DNA from: an uncultured Verrucomicrobiae bacterium
Lineage (GTDB): Bacteria > Verrucomicrobiota > Verrucomicrobiia > Chthoniobacterales > Chthoniobacteraceae
Reading direction: 5' to 3'
Assembly: GCA_963769025.1 (NCBI GenBank)
Contig: CAVYKI010000012.1
Span: forward strand, 384,001-448,000
DNA: 64,000 nt
Positions 29,926-39,111 of the stretch are shown here, one piece after another; the first letter of the stretch is position 1, and each line of letters starts with the position of its first letter. The position numbers and the translations under genes were made by a program. Below the pieces are notes generated by a model that saw only the letters and a program-made list of their open reading frames with translations, had not been told where the DNA came from and did no database searches.

Positions 29926-31701
29926 TCAGGTCGTCGCGGGAACCATCGCGGGTGCGATGCGGGAGAGCACCCAGAGAGTCGGGATTTCCACCCATCGCGG
30001 AGCGAGCCGGGCGGGATCGGGACCGATATGCTGTTCGCCCTTGGCATCGAGGAAAGTCACGGGCGACGCGCCGAGCGGGCTGGCGGCAAAGAACATCACG
30101 TCGCTGGAAATCGCCTCGGCGTTGGCCACGATTTCGGGCGCCAATTCGAGGAGCAGCGTGCGGATGCGGGCGGAGTTCGCGCGGATGGCGACAATGTCGA
30201 GCCCGCCGGGGCGGACCGGCTCGGCCAACGGCTCGGCCCCGAGCAGGTGGAGCCACGTATCACACTTGCCGATGATGACCGCGAACGGGGTGGCGATGCG
30301 CTGGCCGCTCTGGATGCCGAGGATGCTCTTGAGCCGCGCCTCGGACTCGGCGAGGATGATTTCCTGCTGGTCGGCGCGGCGCTGGAGGAGCTGCGGATCG
30401 TCCGCTTCGCCGATGCGACGGCGAAAGGCGACATTTGTGAGCGGATCGAACAGGAAAAAGAGTCCCGCGGCGGTGGCGATGTGCTGCGCGCCAGGCGAGT
30501 CAGCGCTGTTGCGCGTCGGCTCGAAGTGCTCGCCCGCATTGTCGTAAAATACGAGTGAGAACCCCGGCTCCCCCGTGCGGCTGAGCTGGAAAACGAATGG
30601 CCGGGGGAGCGCCACCTTGCGGCCAAATCGCGGGAGGCGTTCGTACATCGCACCTTCGAGCTGCGTCTTGGCGAGCGCCGCGTCCTGCGGTGTGGCCGCG
30701 GAAAAGAGCTGCGTCTTCATCTCGTTGAGCATCACGTTTTCCGAAGGATCGGCGTCGCGGAAACTGAGGCCGAAGTTCTGGTAAAGCGAGGTGCCGAGCA
30801 TTTTCACGAGCACACTGAGGTAGTAGCTCTTTCCGGCCGACGGCGCGCCGATGATGGAAAAAATGTGATGCGGCAGGTCGAGGAAACCGGGGGGCAATTT
30901 GCGCCGGCAATGCGGACAGGCGAGGTCTCCCGCAGGGATGCCCATGGGATCGAGCGCCTGCCCGCGGTCGTTGAAGCGCGTCGCCTGGAACCTCTGCATC
31001 GCAGCATCCCCCAGCAGCGGATCGCCTCTCAGCGAGTCGTGGACTGCGATGTGCATGACATCGCCGCGATCAAACCTCAGCCAGCAAACCGGGCAGGTAA
31101 ATTCCCCGTACTCCGTGTTGATTTGAGCCGGAGACGCCATCGGTTCGGCGGGTGCCGGAGCGGATTGACCATTCCCCGCCCGAACCGGAGGCGGCAGTAT
31201 GTGCATGATGTCGCGTGCCCGAAACCCCATCGTCTCAAGCCCCGTGGGAAAGACGACTTTGCCCGACGTTCCACCGAGCTGATTCAGGAAATAGGCGAGT
31301 TCCGCAAACCGACACGGGCCATGTTTGGTCTGTGTGTCGGAATCGAAAATGTTCCAGCGCGTGAGATCCAAGCCTGCCAGCCAATCCTTCGGCTTCCTGG
31401 TGGCCCTCAACGCAAGCAGCGAATCGCCGGCGACAATCGTGAAGTCCAATTCTGACTCGATTGGCAGGAATCCCTCGGTGGTGTCCCCGTTCAAACGAAT
31501 CGCGCCGGAAGGGGAAACAGCCATGATCTGGCACCCCTTCTCCCCCCGATGCACCGCGCACCCTTCGCCCTGCGGGGCCGAGGCAAGCGGCCAATCCGCG
31601 CCCTCGCCCGCGGTGATTCGGAAGGGGAAATTCTCGATTTGCTGATGCCGCCCCGTGATGCAATCGAACACCACCACTACCTGTTTGCCGAAGAGATTCA
31701 T
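29926..31701 (-). CDS. TRAFAC-type GTPase with FHA-like and GYF-like N-terminus and split Zn ribbon
   Basis: G1 GAPSAGKS, candidate G2 Thr in AKT, G3 FYDNAGE, FLFDP, G4 IGKCD; CPVC and CPHC pairs; WNIFDSDTQTKHGPCRFAELAYFL (GYF_2-like); beta-rich FHA-like first 100 aa. Confidence 0.8.
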   Translation of the reverse strand: MNLFGKQVVVVFDCITGRHQQIENFPFRITAGEGADWPLASAPQGEGCAVHRGEKGCQIMAVSPSGAIRLNGDTTEGFLPIESELDFTIVAGDSLLALRATRKPKDWLAGLDLTRWNIFDSDTQTKHGPCRFAELAYFLNQLGGTSGKVVFPTGLETMGFRARDIMHILPPPVRAGNGQSAPAPAEPMASPAQINTEYGEFTCPVCWLRFDRGDVMHIAVHDSLRGDPLLGDAAMQRFQATRFNDRGQALDPMGIPAGDLACPHCRRKLPPGFLDLPHHIFSIIGAPSAGKSYYLSVLVKMLGTSLYQNFGLSFRDADPSENVMLNEMKTQLFSAATPQDAALAKTQLEGAMYERLPRFGRKVALPRPFVFQLSRTGEPGFSLVFYDNAGEHFEPTRNSADSPGAQHIATAAGLFFLFDPLTNVAFRRRIGEADDPQLLQRRADQQEIILAESEARLKSILGIQSGQRIATPFAVIIGKCDTWLHLLGAEPLAEPVRPGGLDIVAIRANSARIRTLLLELAPEIVANAEAISSDVMFFAASPLGASPVTFLDAKGEQHIGPDPARLAPRWVEIPTLWVLSRIAPAMVPATT

Positions 31702-31858
31702 CCCGTAGGCTGGTTGTTGACCATCAGGCTTACTTCACGCAACCCAAAACTATGGGCTCATGGAAACAATGCGGCTGCGTAACTGCAGCTCACGCAGCGA
31801 AGCGAGCCGGGTGGAATCCGCATTTGGCAATCGCCCACCGTCCCGGCATCGTGCGTCG

Positions 31859-32806
31859 GTGAACAGCGTACCGCGCACAGCATTTGTCCTCGGCGCCGGT
31901 CTCGGCACGCGGCTCCGTCCGCTGACGAACCGGCGGCCAAAGCCGCTCATCCCGGTCGCCAACCGGCCGCTGATCACGCACGCATTCGACCACCTCATCG
32001 CCGCGGGCATCGGGCGGTTCGTCGTGAACACCCACTGGCGCGCGGAGCGGTATGCGGAATTTTTTCCCGATGGAAAATGGCGCGGCAGGCCGGTCACGTT
32101 CGTCCACGAGTCGCCCGAGGTGCTCGAGACCGCCGGCGGGATCTGGAACGCCCGCACGCAGCTCAGCGAAGGCCCGTTCATCGTGTATAATGGTGACATC
32201 CTCAGCGACCTCCCGCTCGCACCGGCGCTCGATGCACACCGCGCCGCGGGCAACGAAGTCACGCTCATCCTCCGTTCGCACGGCGGCAACACGAACGTCG
32301 CCTTCGACGCCGCGAGCGGCCGCATCCTCGATCTGCGCCGCGCACTGCGTCCGGAAATCGAGCCGCGGCACCTTTTCACCGGCATCTACATCGTCGAGCC
32401 GGGATTCATCGCGCGCATCCCTGCAGAGCAGAAACTGTCGGTCGTCCCCGTCTTTCACGACATGATCCGCGCCGGCGCAAGGCTGGGCGGCATCGTGCTC
32501 GACGAGGGCGCGTGGTGGGACCTCGGCTCGCGCTCCGAATACCTCGCCGTCCATGCCGCGCTCGCAGGAAGGGGCGCGCCGTGGATTTCCCCGACGGCGT
32601 CAGTTTCTCCGGACGCTTCGATCACCGGTGCAACCGCCATTGCCGCGGGCGCGAGCATCGGCGCGGGCGCGGTGCTGCGCGACTGCATCATCTGGGAAAA
32701 TGCCAACATCGCGCCCGGCGCTCACCTCACGCGCTGCATCGTCGCGGATGGCATGCACGCCGATGGCGAGCACACGGATGTCGATTTCGCACCGGGCGAG
32801 CCGTGA
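31859..32806 (+). CDS. Sugar-phosphate nucleotidyltransferase (MurU-like) with hexapeptide tail
   Basis: AFVLGAGLGTRLRPLTNRRPKPLIPV, LETAGGI, VYNGDI, WWDLGS; GTG start. Confidence 0.88.
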   Translation: MNSVPRTAFVLGAGLGTRLRPLTNRRPKPLIPVANRPLITHAFDHLIAAGIGRFVVNTHWRAERYAEFFPDGKWRGRPVTFVHESPEVLETAGGIWNARTQLSEGPFIVYNGDILSDLPLAPALDAHRAAGNEVTLILRSHGGNTNVAFDAASGRILDLRRALRPEIEPRHLFTGIYIVEPGFIARIPAEQKLSVVPVFHDMIRAGARLGGIVLDEGAWWDLGSRSEYLAVHAALAGRGAPWISPTASVSPDASITGATAIAAGASIGAGAVLRDCIIWENANIAPGAHLTRCIVADGMHADGEHTDVDFAPGEP

Positions 32807-32812
32807 CTGCGC

Positions 32813-33220
32813 TCAGGATTGCAACGGCCGGAGTTTCTGCTCACGGCCGCAGAGGTCCATGATGGTCGGGACGAGCAGCTTGAAATCGAACGGCTTCCTG
32901 AGGACAACATCGGTCCCGACAGACTTGAATTCCTGCTCTTCATTCACCGAAACGCTGCCGGAATACATGATGACCTTGCCCTGGAATCCCGCCTTTCGCG
33001 CCTGATCGATCAATTCCTTTCCGGTGAGACGCGGCATGCTGTTGTCCGACACCAGCACGTCGAAACATTCGGGATCCGCCGTGATCCGGTTGAGCGCCTG
33101 ATGGCTGTCCGTGAGCGCAGAAACCGCGTAGCCGGCATCCAAAAGGAACAACGACACGCACTCGGCAACAGCATCATCGTCGTCCACGACCAGTATCCTC
33201 GGGTTCTCCTGCGGTTTCAT
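32813..33220 (-). CDS. Single-domain response regulator (receiver only)
   Basis: ILVVDDD, VLVSDNSMPRLTG, IMYSG, LRKPF. Confidence 0.9.
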   Translation of the reverse strand: MKPQENPRILVVDDDDAVAECVSLFLLDAGYAVSALTDSHQALNRITADPECFDVLVSDNSMPRLTGKELIDQARKAGFQGKVIMYSGSVSVNEEQEFKSVGTDVVLRKPFDFKLLVPTIMDLCGREQKLRPLQS

Positions 33221-33317
33221 CCTTCCTATTTCTACACCGAAAGACATATCCAGCAAAGGCAAATTTAAAATCCACACACCCGGAAAAACCGCCGCACGCA
33301 GCTCAAGTCCGCCCTAA

Positions 33318-34268
33318 ATGCCCTTTTCAGTCGAACCCATCGAAAAAGGCGGCTCCGGCCGCAAGTTCTGGCGCGTCCGGACGGGCAGCGGTGCGTGCAT
33401 CCTCATCCACTACAAGCTCGATCGCGCCGACAACGCCGGCTACGCCGACATCGCGCGCTTTCTCACGGGCATCGGCGTCCGCGTGCCCGCCGTGTTCCTG
33501 CACGACCCGGTCGAAGGTGTCATGGTCATGGAAGACGTCGGCACCGACGACCTTTTCGCCTTTCGCGACGCCCCGGAGCCCGAACGCCGCCGCCTCTACA
33601 AGCTCACGCTCGAGCAAATCGCGCTCCTGCACACGAAGGCGCACCTCGCCAACGGCTGCCCGCCGCTCCAGCCGCCCTTCGACGCCTCGCTCTACGAATG
33701 GGAGCAGGATTACTTCATCGAGCACTGCCTGGGCAGGCATTTCAAAATGCGCGCCAGCGACATCTCCGCGCATGTGGACCGCACGCGCCTCCGAGAAATC
33801 GCCGCCCAGCTCGCCGCCGAGCCGCGCTGCCTCGTGCACCGCGATTTTCAGAGCCAGAACGTCATGATCCGCGACGGCCAGCCCGCCTTCATCGATTTCC
33901 AAGGCCTCCGCCCCGGCCTCGCGCAATACGACCTCGCCTCCCTCCTGCTCGACCCCTACGCGCACCTCCCCGCCTCCGAGCGCGACGCCCTCTTCGCCCA
34001 CTACCTCTCAGTCGCCCGCCCGGAAAACCCCGCCCACTTCCGCGCCCTCTACGACCTCTGCGCCATGCAACGCCTCATGCAAGCCCTCGGCGCCTACGGC
34101 AAACTCGGCCACGCCGACGGCCGCACCCATTTCCTCGATCACATCCCCACCGCCCTCGCCTCCCTCCGCGACGTGCTCGCGAAAATCCCGGGGCTTGAGA
34201 GGCTGGCTTCGCTGCTCGCCGACTTGCGGTCCCCTCGAGAAATGGCGGAGCGCGAAAATCATCCGTAA
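33318..34268 (+). CDS. Aminoglycoside-phosphotransferase family kinase (AmgK-like anomeric MurNAc/GlcNAc kinase)
   Basis: KGGSGRKFWR, MEDVG, LVHRDFQSQNVM, FIDFQG, YDLASLLLDPY, QRLMQALGAYG; near a MurU-like gene. Confidence 0.85.
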   Translation: MPFSVEPIEKGGSGRKFWRVRTGSGACILIHYKLDRADNAGYADIARFLTGIGVRVPAVFLHDPVEGVMVMEDVGTDDLFAFRDAPEPERRRLYKLTLEQIALLHTKAHLANGCPPLQPPFDASLYEWEQDYFIEHCLGRHFKMRASDISAHVDRTRLREIAAQLAAEPRCLVHRDFQSQNVMIRDGQPAFIDFQGLRPGLAQYDLASLLLDPYAHLPASERDALFAHYLSVARPENPAHFRALYDLCAMQRLMQALGAYGKLGHADGRTHFLDHIPTALASLRDVLAKIPGLERLASLLADLRSPREMAERENHP

Positions 34269-35041
34269 TGTCGCTCGCAGAATTGCTCGGGCTCACCGCG
34301 GCGGCGGCAGCCGCGGGGGCCATCAATGCCGTCGCGGGCGGCGGGACGCTGCTCACTTTTCCGGTGCTGATTTTCTACGGCACCGGCGCGGTCATCGCGA
34401 ACGCCACGAGCACGGTCGCGCTCGTCGTCGGCACGGCGGGGAGCATCTTCGGATTCCGCCGGCAGATCGGCGCGGTGCGGGCCTGGCTCGTGCGCTTTGT
34501 GCCCGTGAGCGTGCTCGGCGGGTGGCTCGGCAGCATGCTGCTCACACGCACGGACGAGAAAATCTTCGCGCAGCTCGTGCCGTTCCTCATCCTTTTCGCA
34601 ACGATCCTTTTTCTCGCGCAGGGCGCGTTCCGGCGGTTTGCGGGATTCGGAGAAAAGGGAGCCGCGGAGCCGCATCACCACGCGGTATGGGTCGCCGTGG
34701 TTTTCCAATTCGCGGTGTCCGTGTACGGCGGGTATTTCGGCGCGGGCATCGGCATCCTCATGCTCGCGTCGCTCGGCTTTCTCGGTCTCCGCGACATCCA
34801 CGAGATGAATGCCCTCAAGAACATCCTGAGCTGCCTCATCAATGTCGTCGCCGCGCTGTGGTTCATCCGGTCCGGAATCGTGGACTGGCCGAAGGCCGGC
34901 GTGATGAGCGTCGGCGCGCTGGGCGGCTACTACCTCGGCGCGCACTTTTCCCAGCGCCTCCCGCAGCTCGCGGTGCGCAGGCTCGTGACGGTGATCGGGC
35001 TCACGATCTCCGCCATCATGTTCTACCGGCAATTCCGGTGA
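34268..35041 (+). CDS. Sulfite exporter TauE/SafE family membrane protein
   Basis: AGAINAVAGGGTLLTFP and YGGYFGAGIGILML motifs; about 8 TMs. Confidence 0.9.
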   Translation: MSLAELLGLTAAAAAAGAINAVAGGGTLLTFPVLIFYGTGAVIANATSTVALVVGTAGSIFGFRRQIGAVRAWLVRFVPVSVLGGWLGSMLLTRTDEKIFAQLVPFLILFATILFLAQGAFRRFAGFGEKGAAEPHHHAVWVAVVFQFAVSVYGGYFGAGIGILMLASLGFLGLRDIHEMNALKNILSCLINVVAALWFIRSGIVDWPKAGVMSVGALGGYYLGAHFSQRLPQLAVRRLVTVIGLTISAIMFYRQFR

Positions 35042-35069
35042 CAAAACCGGGCGGCACCGATGCAATGCG

Positions 35070-35204
35070 ATCCGCAGATTTCGCAGATTTGCGCAGATTA
35101 TTGGAGAGGGAAGCGCACTCCGATCCGGGTGAATGGAAAATGTTCCCAAGAGTGAACCCGTGCCATTCTCCAAGCCCATGCTCCCCTCTGCGAAAATCTG
35201 CGGA
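35070..35204. repeat. Intergenic palindromic element of the (cgcagatt)n type
   Basis: atccgcagatttcgcagatttgcgcagatt ... tctgcgaaaatctgcgga, between convergent genes. Confidence 0.6.
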
Positions 35205-35223
35205 CCCCTCCGGTCCGTTCCGC

Positions 35224-36285
35224 CTACTGGCCGAGGTTGATTCCGCTTCCGTCGCCTGACGAGCCGAGGATCGTCGGCGGCTGGCGCTCGATGGTGGGCA
35301 TCGTGCCATCCGGCGGATCGAGCGGGGTGATGGTGAACTTCATCTCCTTGCCGCCGCGCGAGACGCGCATGGCGATCGGTTCGGTGGAGGTCACGAAGAA
35401 CGCCGCGTTGAGCACGTCCTCGGGGTTGGTGATCTTGTTTGCGCCGACCTGCAGCAGGATGTCGCCCGCGCGGACGCCGCCGGCGAATGCGGGGCCGTCT
35501 TCGCGCAACGTGAGGATGCGCGCGGAACTGCCGTGCTCAGGCGCATTCGTCGGGCGTACATCCACGCCGACCCAGCCCTGCCGGACACGGCGATGGGTTC
35601 GGAAGTCGTGCAACACCTTCTCCGCCGCCTCGGACGGAAGGGCGAAAATGCCGCTGCCTTCCTCGACCATGCTGATGAGGACGCCGACGACTTCGCCGCG
35701 AAGATTCATCACGGGCGAGCCGCCCTGGCCGCGTTGCACGGTGATGTTCGCGCGGATGTGCCGCGTTGCAAAAAAGCGGCCATCGCATCCCAGTTCGATG
35801 CCGGCGACAAAGCCCAGGCTGGGCGAAAGCGGAAGGTCGAGCGGGTAGCCGAGCGTGACGATGGGCGACGCAACGGCGAGGTCCGCGGACTTCCCGAATT
35901 TCAAAAACCGCACGGGGCGCTCGGCGACGATTTTCAACACGGCGATGCCGGCCCTGGCGTCTGCGACCAGGCGCGTGGCCGGATAGCGCTGCTCGCCGAC
36001 GGCGACGACGATATCCTGCGATGCGCCGCCGATGCTGTAGCTCGTGAGAAGCGTGCCGTCCGCATCGATGAAAAATCCCGTTCCGCGGAGATGCCCATGC
36101 TCGTCGTCCGCCTCGATGCGACAGATCGCGTCGCCGGTCTTGCGCATGACCTCGCGCATTTCGCTCGCGAGCGCCTCCGCCGGGGATGGCGACGGCTTTG
36201 CCACAGCCGGCTCGGCCCCGCGGATTTGCGGGACGACGCCGAGCACGACGGCGGCGAGGCTAGAAGCGAATCTGAGTCGCCTCAT
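35224..36285 (-). CDS. HtrA/DegP-like S1C protease with PDZ domain; catalytic triad appears degenerate
   Basis: GTGFFIDADGTLLT, LGYPL, GQGGSPVMNLRGEVVGV, GWVGV...AGDILLQVG PDZ. Confidence 0.8.
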   Translation of the reverse strand: MRRLRFASSLAAVVLGVVPQIRGAEPAVAKPSPSPAEALASEMREVMRKTGDAICRIEADDEHGHLRGTGFFIDADGTLLTSYSIGGASQDIVVAVGEQRYPATRLVADARAGIAVLKIVAERPVRFLKFGKSADLAVASPIVTLGYPLDLPLSPSLGFVAGIELGCDGRFFATRHIRANITVQRGQGGSPVMNLRGEVVGVLISMVEEGSGIFALPSEAAEKVLHDFRTHRRVRQGWVGVDVRPTNAPEHGSSARILTLREDGPAFAGGVRAGDILLQVGANKITNPEDVLNAAFFVTSTEPIAMRVSRGGKEMKFTITPLDPPDGTMPTIERQPPTILGSSGDGSGINLGQ

Positions 36286-36739
36286 AACTGACGGGCTGCG
36301 TGTCGATGATGAACCGGACGGGGGCATCCGGGTCGCGTGGGGCGCGATGCTCTTCCTGCGTCGCGATGGAAGGCGCGCTGGCCGGCTGGAGGGTGAGCAC
36401 GGGGCCGGCGGCTGCGGCGAGCGGGGAACCGGCGTACGCCACTGCGGAGTGCACCGGGCCGGGCGCACGCTCTGGGATGGCGACGCGGATGGCGAGAATG
36501 CCGGCGACGAGCAGTGCGGCCATCGCGGTCGCATGCCTCAGGTCCAGATGCAACGGCGCGAAGAACGCGCGGATGCGCTCCAAGGCGATGTGCCACGCGG
36601 GACGGCGGAGCAGTTCCTCGCGCTGGCGGCGCTGGACACGATCCAGCAATCCGCTGAAGTATCCTGGTGGCGGCTGCTCGAATCGCTTGATGCGAAGAAG
36701 CGCCTGAAGTTGGGATTCGCTGAGCGGTTGGTCTGACAT
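36260..36739 (-). CDS. Putative membrane anti-sigma factor
   Basis: Lies directly downstream of an ECF sigma gene; LLRIKRFEQPPPGYF N-terminus and one TM. Confidence 0.6.
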   Translation of the reverse strand: MSDQPLSESQLQALLRIKRFEQPPPGYFSGLLDRVQRRQREELLRRPAWHIALERIRAFFAPLHLDLRHATAMAALLVAGILAIRVAIPERAPGPVHSAVAYAGSPLAAAAGPVLTLQPASAPSIATQEEHRAPRDPDAPVRFIIDTQPVSYEATQIRF

Positions 36740-36741
36740 GG

Positions 36742-37452
36742 CTAGTGGGATGTGGAGTGACTGGCGGGCGCGAACTCGGAGAGCCACGCCTGAAGTTGCT
36801 TGTGTGCGTAGAAAAGCCGCGAACGGACGGTTCCTTCGCTGGTGTTCAAAATTTTCGCGATCTCCGCGTGCGGCATCCCCTGGATGTCGAACATCGTCAC
36901 CACCGCGCGGTGCTCGGGCGTGAGCTGCATGATGGCCTGGTTGATTTTCTGCTGCATCTCGCCGAGGTCGGCCTCCCGCACCGGCGTGCTCGCCGTCTGG
37001 AGTTCGACGAATTCCTTGTCCTGCAAAATCCCGCTGTCCACGTCATCGAGGCTCATCGTCCACCGGCGGCCGCGCCGCTTGAGGAAGTTGATCGTCATGT
37101 TCGCCGCGATGGAATGCATCCAAGTGGAAAACTGCGACTGACCGCGGAAACCGCCGATGCTGCGGTAGGCCTTCGCCCAGATATCCTGCAGAAGGTCGTC
37201 CGTGTCGTCGTGGTTCGACGTCATCGTGTACACGAGCGCGTAAAGCCGGGGGCTGTGCTTCACGAGCAGGGCATCAAACGCCGTCGAGTCGCCCGTCTGT
37301 GCACGGGCGACAAGTTCCTCGTCTTCGCGGCGGCTCTTGTCCTGCTCATCCATTTCGCGCGTCCTTCTACCGGCCAGCGCCGCAGCGGGGAAGGCTGATT
37401 CGGCTGGAAGATGCGAGGACACCAAGGTGAGCAGTGGGAGTGAAGCGGTCAT
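36742..37452 (-). CDS. ECF sigma-70 factor (alternative start at 37353)
   Basis: DEELVARAQTGDSTAFDAL, FRGQSQFSTWMHSIA, HAEIAKILNTSEGTVRSRLFYAHKQL. Confidence 0.92.
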   Translation of the reverse strand: MTASLPLLTLVSSHLPAESAFPAAALAGRRTREMDEQDKSRREDEELVARAQTGDSTAFDALLVKHSPRLYALVYTMTSNHDDTDDLLQDIWAKAYRSIGGFRGQSQFSTWMHSIAANMTINFLKRRGRRWTMSLDDVDSGILQDKEFVELQTASTPVREADLGEMQQKINQAIMQLTPEHRAVVTMFDIQGMPHAEIAKILNTSEGTVRSRLFYAHKQLQAWLSEFAPASHSTSH

Positions 37453-37746
37453 TTAGTCGCGGCCGCGTCCCGACTGGGGGACGGGCCAAAACCGGAGGCG
37501 TGGAGAAAACGCACGTTCAGAACGAAGGCGGCGATGGGAAAAAGGCGTCATAATCTCCCCGAAGGAAGCTCTGTGTGGTTCTCTCTGACACCCCTCCGCC
37601 ACGAATGTTCAAACAAAATGCCGCCACGGACGGCGTGAAGCCGCACGCACTGCGTAATTTGCGCAGCCCGCGACGCCGAAGATGTTTTGCCGCGCCCTTC
37701 AATCGCACTAGCCAACGCACCCCATCGCCTCCACCTTCCCCGTCCA

Positions 37747-39111
37747 ATGTCCCGCACTGTCGCAATCGTAGGCCGCCCGAATGTCGGCAAGTCCGCTCTT
37801 TTCAACCGCCTCGCCGGCAAAAAAATCGCGATCGTGCATGACCAACCCGGCGTCACGCGCGACCGCATCTCCGCGAAGTGCAAGCTGGGCCGCGCCCCGT
37901 TCACCATCTTCGACACTGGCGGCATCGGGGCGGATGTGGACATGTCCTTTACCGAGCAAGTCCGCACCGAGGCGGAAATCGCCATCGAGACGAGCGACGT
38001 GATCCTCTTCGTCGTGGACGGCCATGAAGGCCTCACGGGGGTGGACGACGATCTCGCCCGCAGGCTGCGGCGCGCGCGCAAGCCGATCATTTTGGTCGTG
38101 AACAAAATCGATCACGCGAAGCACGGGCCGAACGCGAACGAGTTCACCAAGCTCGGCTTCGATCGACTGCTCACCATCAGCGCCGAGCACGACCTCGGCA
38201 CGAAGCGGCTCGTCGAGGAAATCGAGAGCCTGCTCCCGCCGCCGGAGGAGGAAACCGAGTCCGGCGAAAAGAAGGAGCTGCCGCTGCGCATCGCGATCGT
38301 CGGCAGGCCGAATGTCGGCAAGTCCTCGCTCACCAACGCCATTCTCGGCGACGAGCGCACGCTCGTCTCGCCCATCAGCGGCACCACGCGCGACGCGGTC
38401 GACATCCTCTACGCGCTGGGCAAGCACGACTACATGCTCATCGACACCGCCGGCATCCGCCCGCGCGGGAAGCGCGACAACTCGGTGGAGATTTTCAGCG
38501 TCATGCGCAGCGAATCGAGCATCGGCCGCGCGGACCTCTGCTGCCTCGTCATCGACGCCACGGAAGGCGTGACCGCGCAGGACAAAAAAATCGCCGGCCT
38601 CATCCAGGAGGCGAAAAAACCGTGTGTCGTCGCGGTGAACAAGTGGGACCTCATCAAGGAAAAGACCGACGACAAGGAGAAGCTCAAGGCCGTGCTCGCG
38701 GGCATCGAGGCCGAGCTTTTCTTCATCAGCTACGCGCCGCTCGTGCTGCTCAGCGCGAAGACCGGCGAGGCGCTGGATCGGCTTTTCAAAATGATCGAGA
38801 AAGTGCGCACCGGTGCGAAACAGCGCATCACGACCGGGAAGCTGAACCGCATCATCGCCGAGGCCATGACCGCGCATCCGCCCGCAGCGCGCAGCGGCAA
38901 GCGGCTCAAGATCCTCTACGGCACGCAGCCCGAGCCCAAGCGCTTCTGCTCCATCTCCATCCCGGAGGTCGTCTTCTTCGCGAACGACGGAAGCCTGATC
39001 GACGACACCTACCACCGGTATCTCGAAAACCAGGTCCGCCAACTCGTGCCCTACGTCGGCCTGCCGATGAAGTTCCATTTCCGCAGCCGGGAAAAACGCG
39101 CGGGCAAATGA
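37747..39111 (+). CDS. der: Ribosome biogenesis GTPase Der/EngA
   Basis: Two GRPNVGKS P-loops, PGVTRD and GTTRD, DTGG/DTAG, NKID/NKWD, KH-like C-terminus. Confidence 0.97.
   Translation: MSRTVAIVGRPNVGKSALFNRLAGKKIAIVHDQPGVTRDRISAKCKLGRAPFTIFDTGGIGADVDMSFTEQVRTEAEIAIETSDVILFVVDGHEGLTGVDDDLARRLRRARKPIILVVNKIDHAKHGPNANEFTKLGFDRLLTISAEHDLGTKRLVEEIESLLPPPEEETESGEKKELPLRIAIVGRPNVGKSSLTNAILGDERTLVSPISGTTRDAVDILYALGKHDYMLIDTAGIRPRGKRDNSVEIFSVMRSESSIGRADLCCLVIDATEGVTAQDKKIAGLIQEAKKPCVVAVNKWDLIKEKTDDKEKLKAVLAGIEAELFFISYAPLVLLSAKTGEALDRLFKMIEKVRTGAKQRITTGKLNRIIAEAMTAHPPAARSGKRLKILYGTQPEPKRFCSISIPEVVFFANDGSLIDDTYHRYLENQVRQLVPYVGLPMKFHFRSREKRAGK

Noticed and set aside
20520..31860. Integrative element or prophage carrying the GTPase operon
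   Set aside because: No integrase, tRNA target, phage genes or direct repeats that I could identify at the borders; only composition suggests foreign origin.
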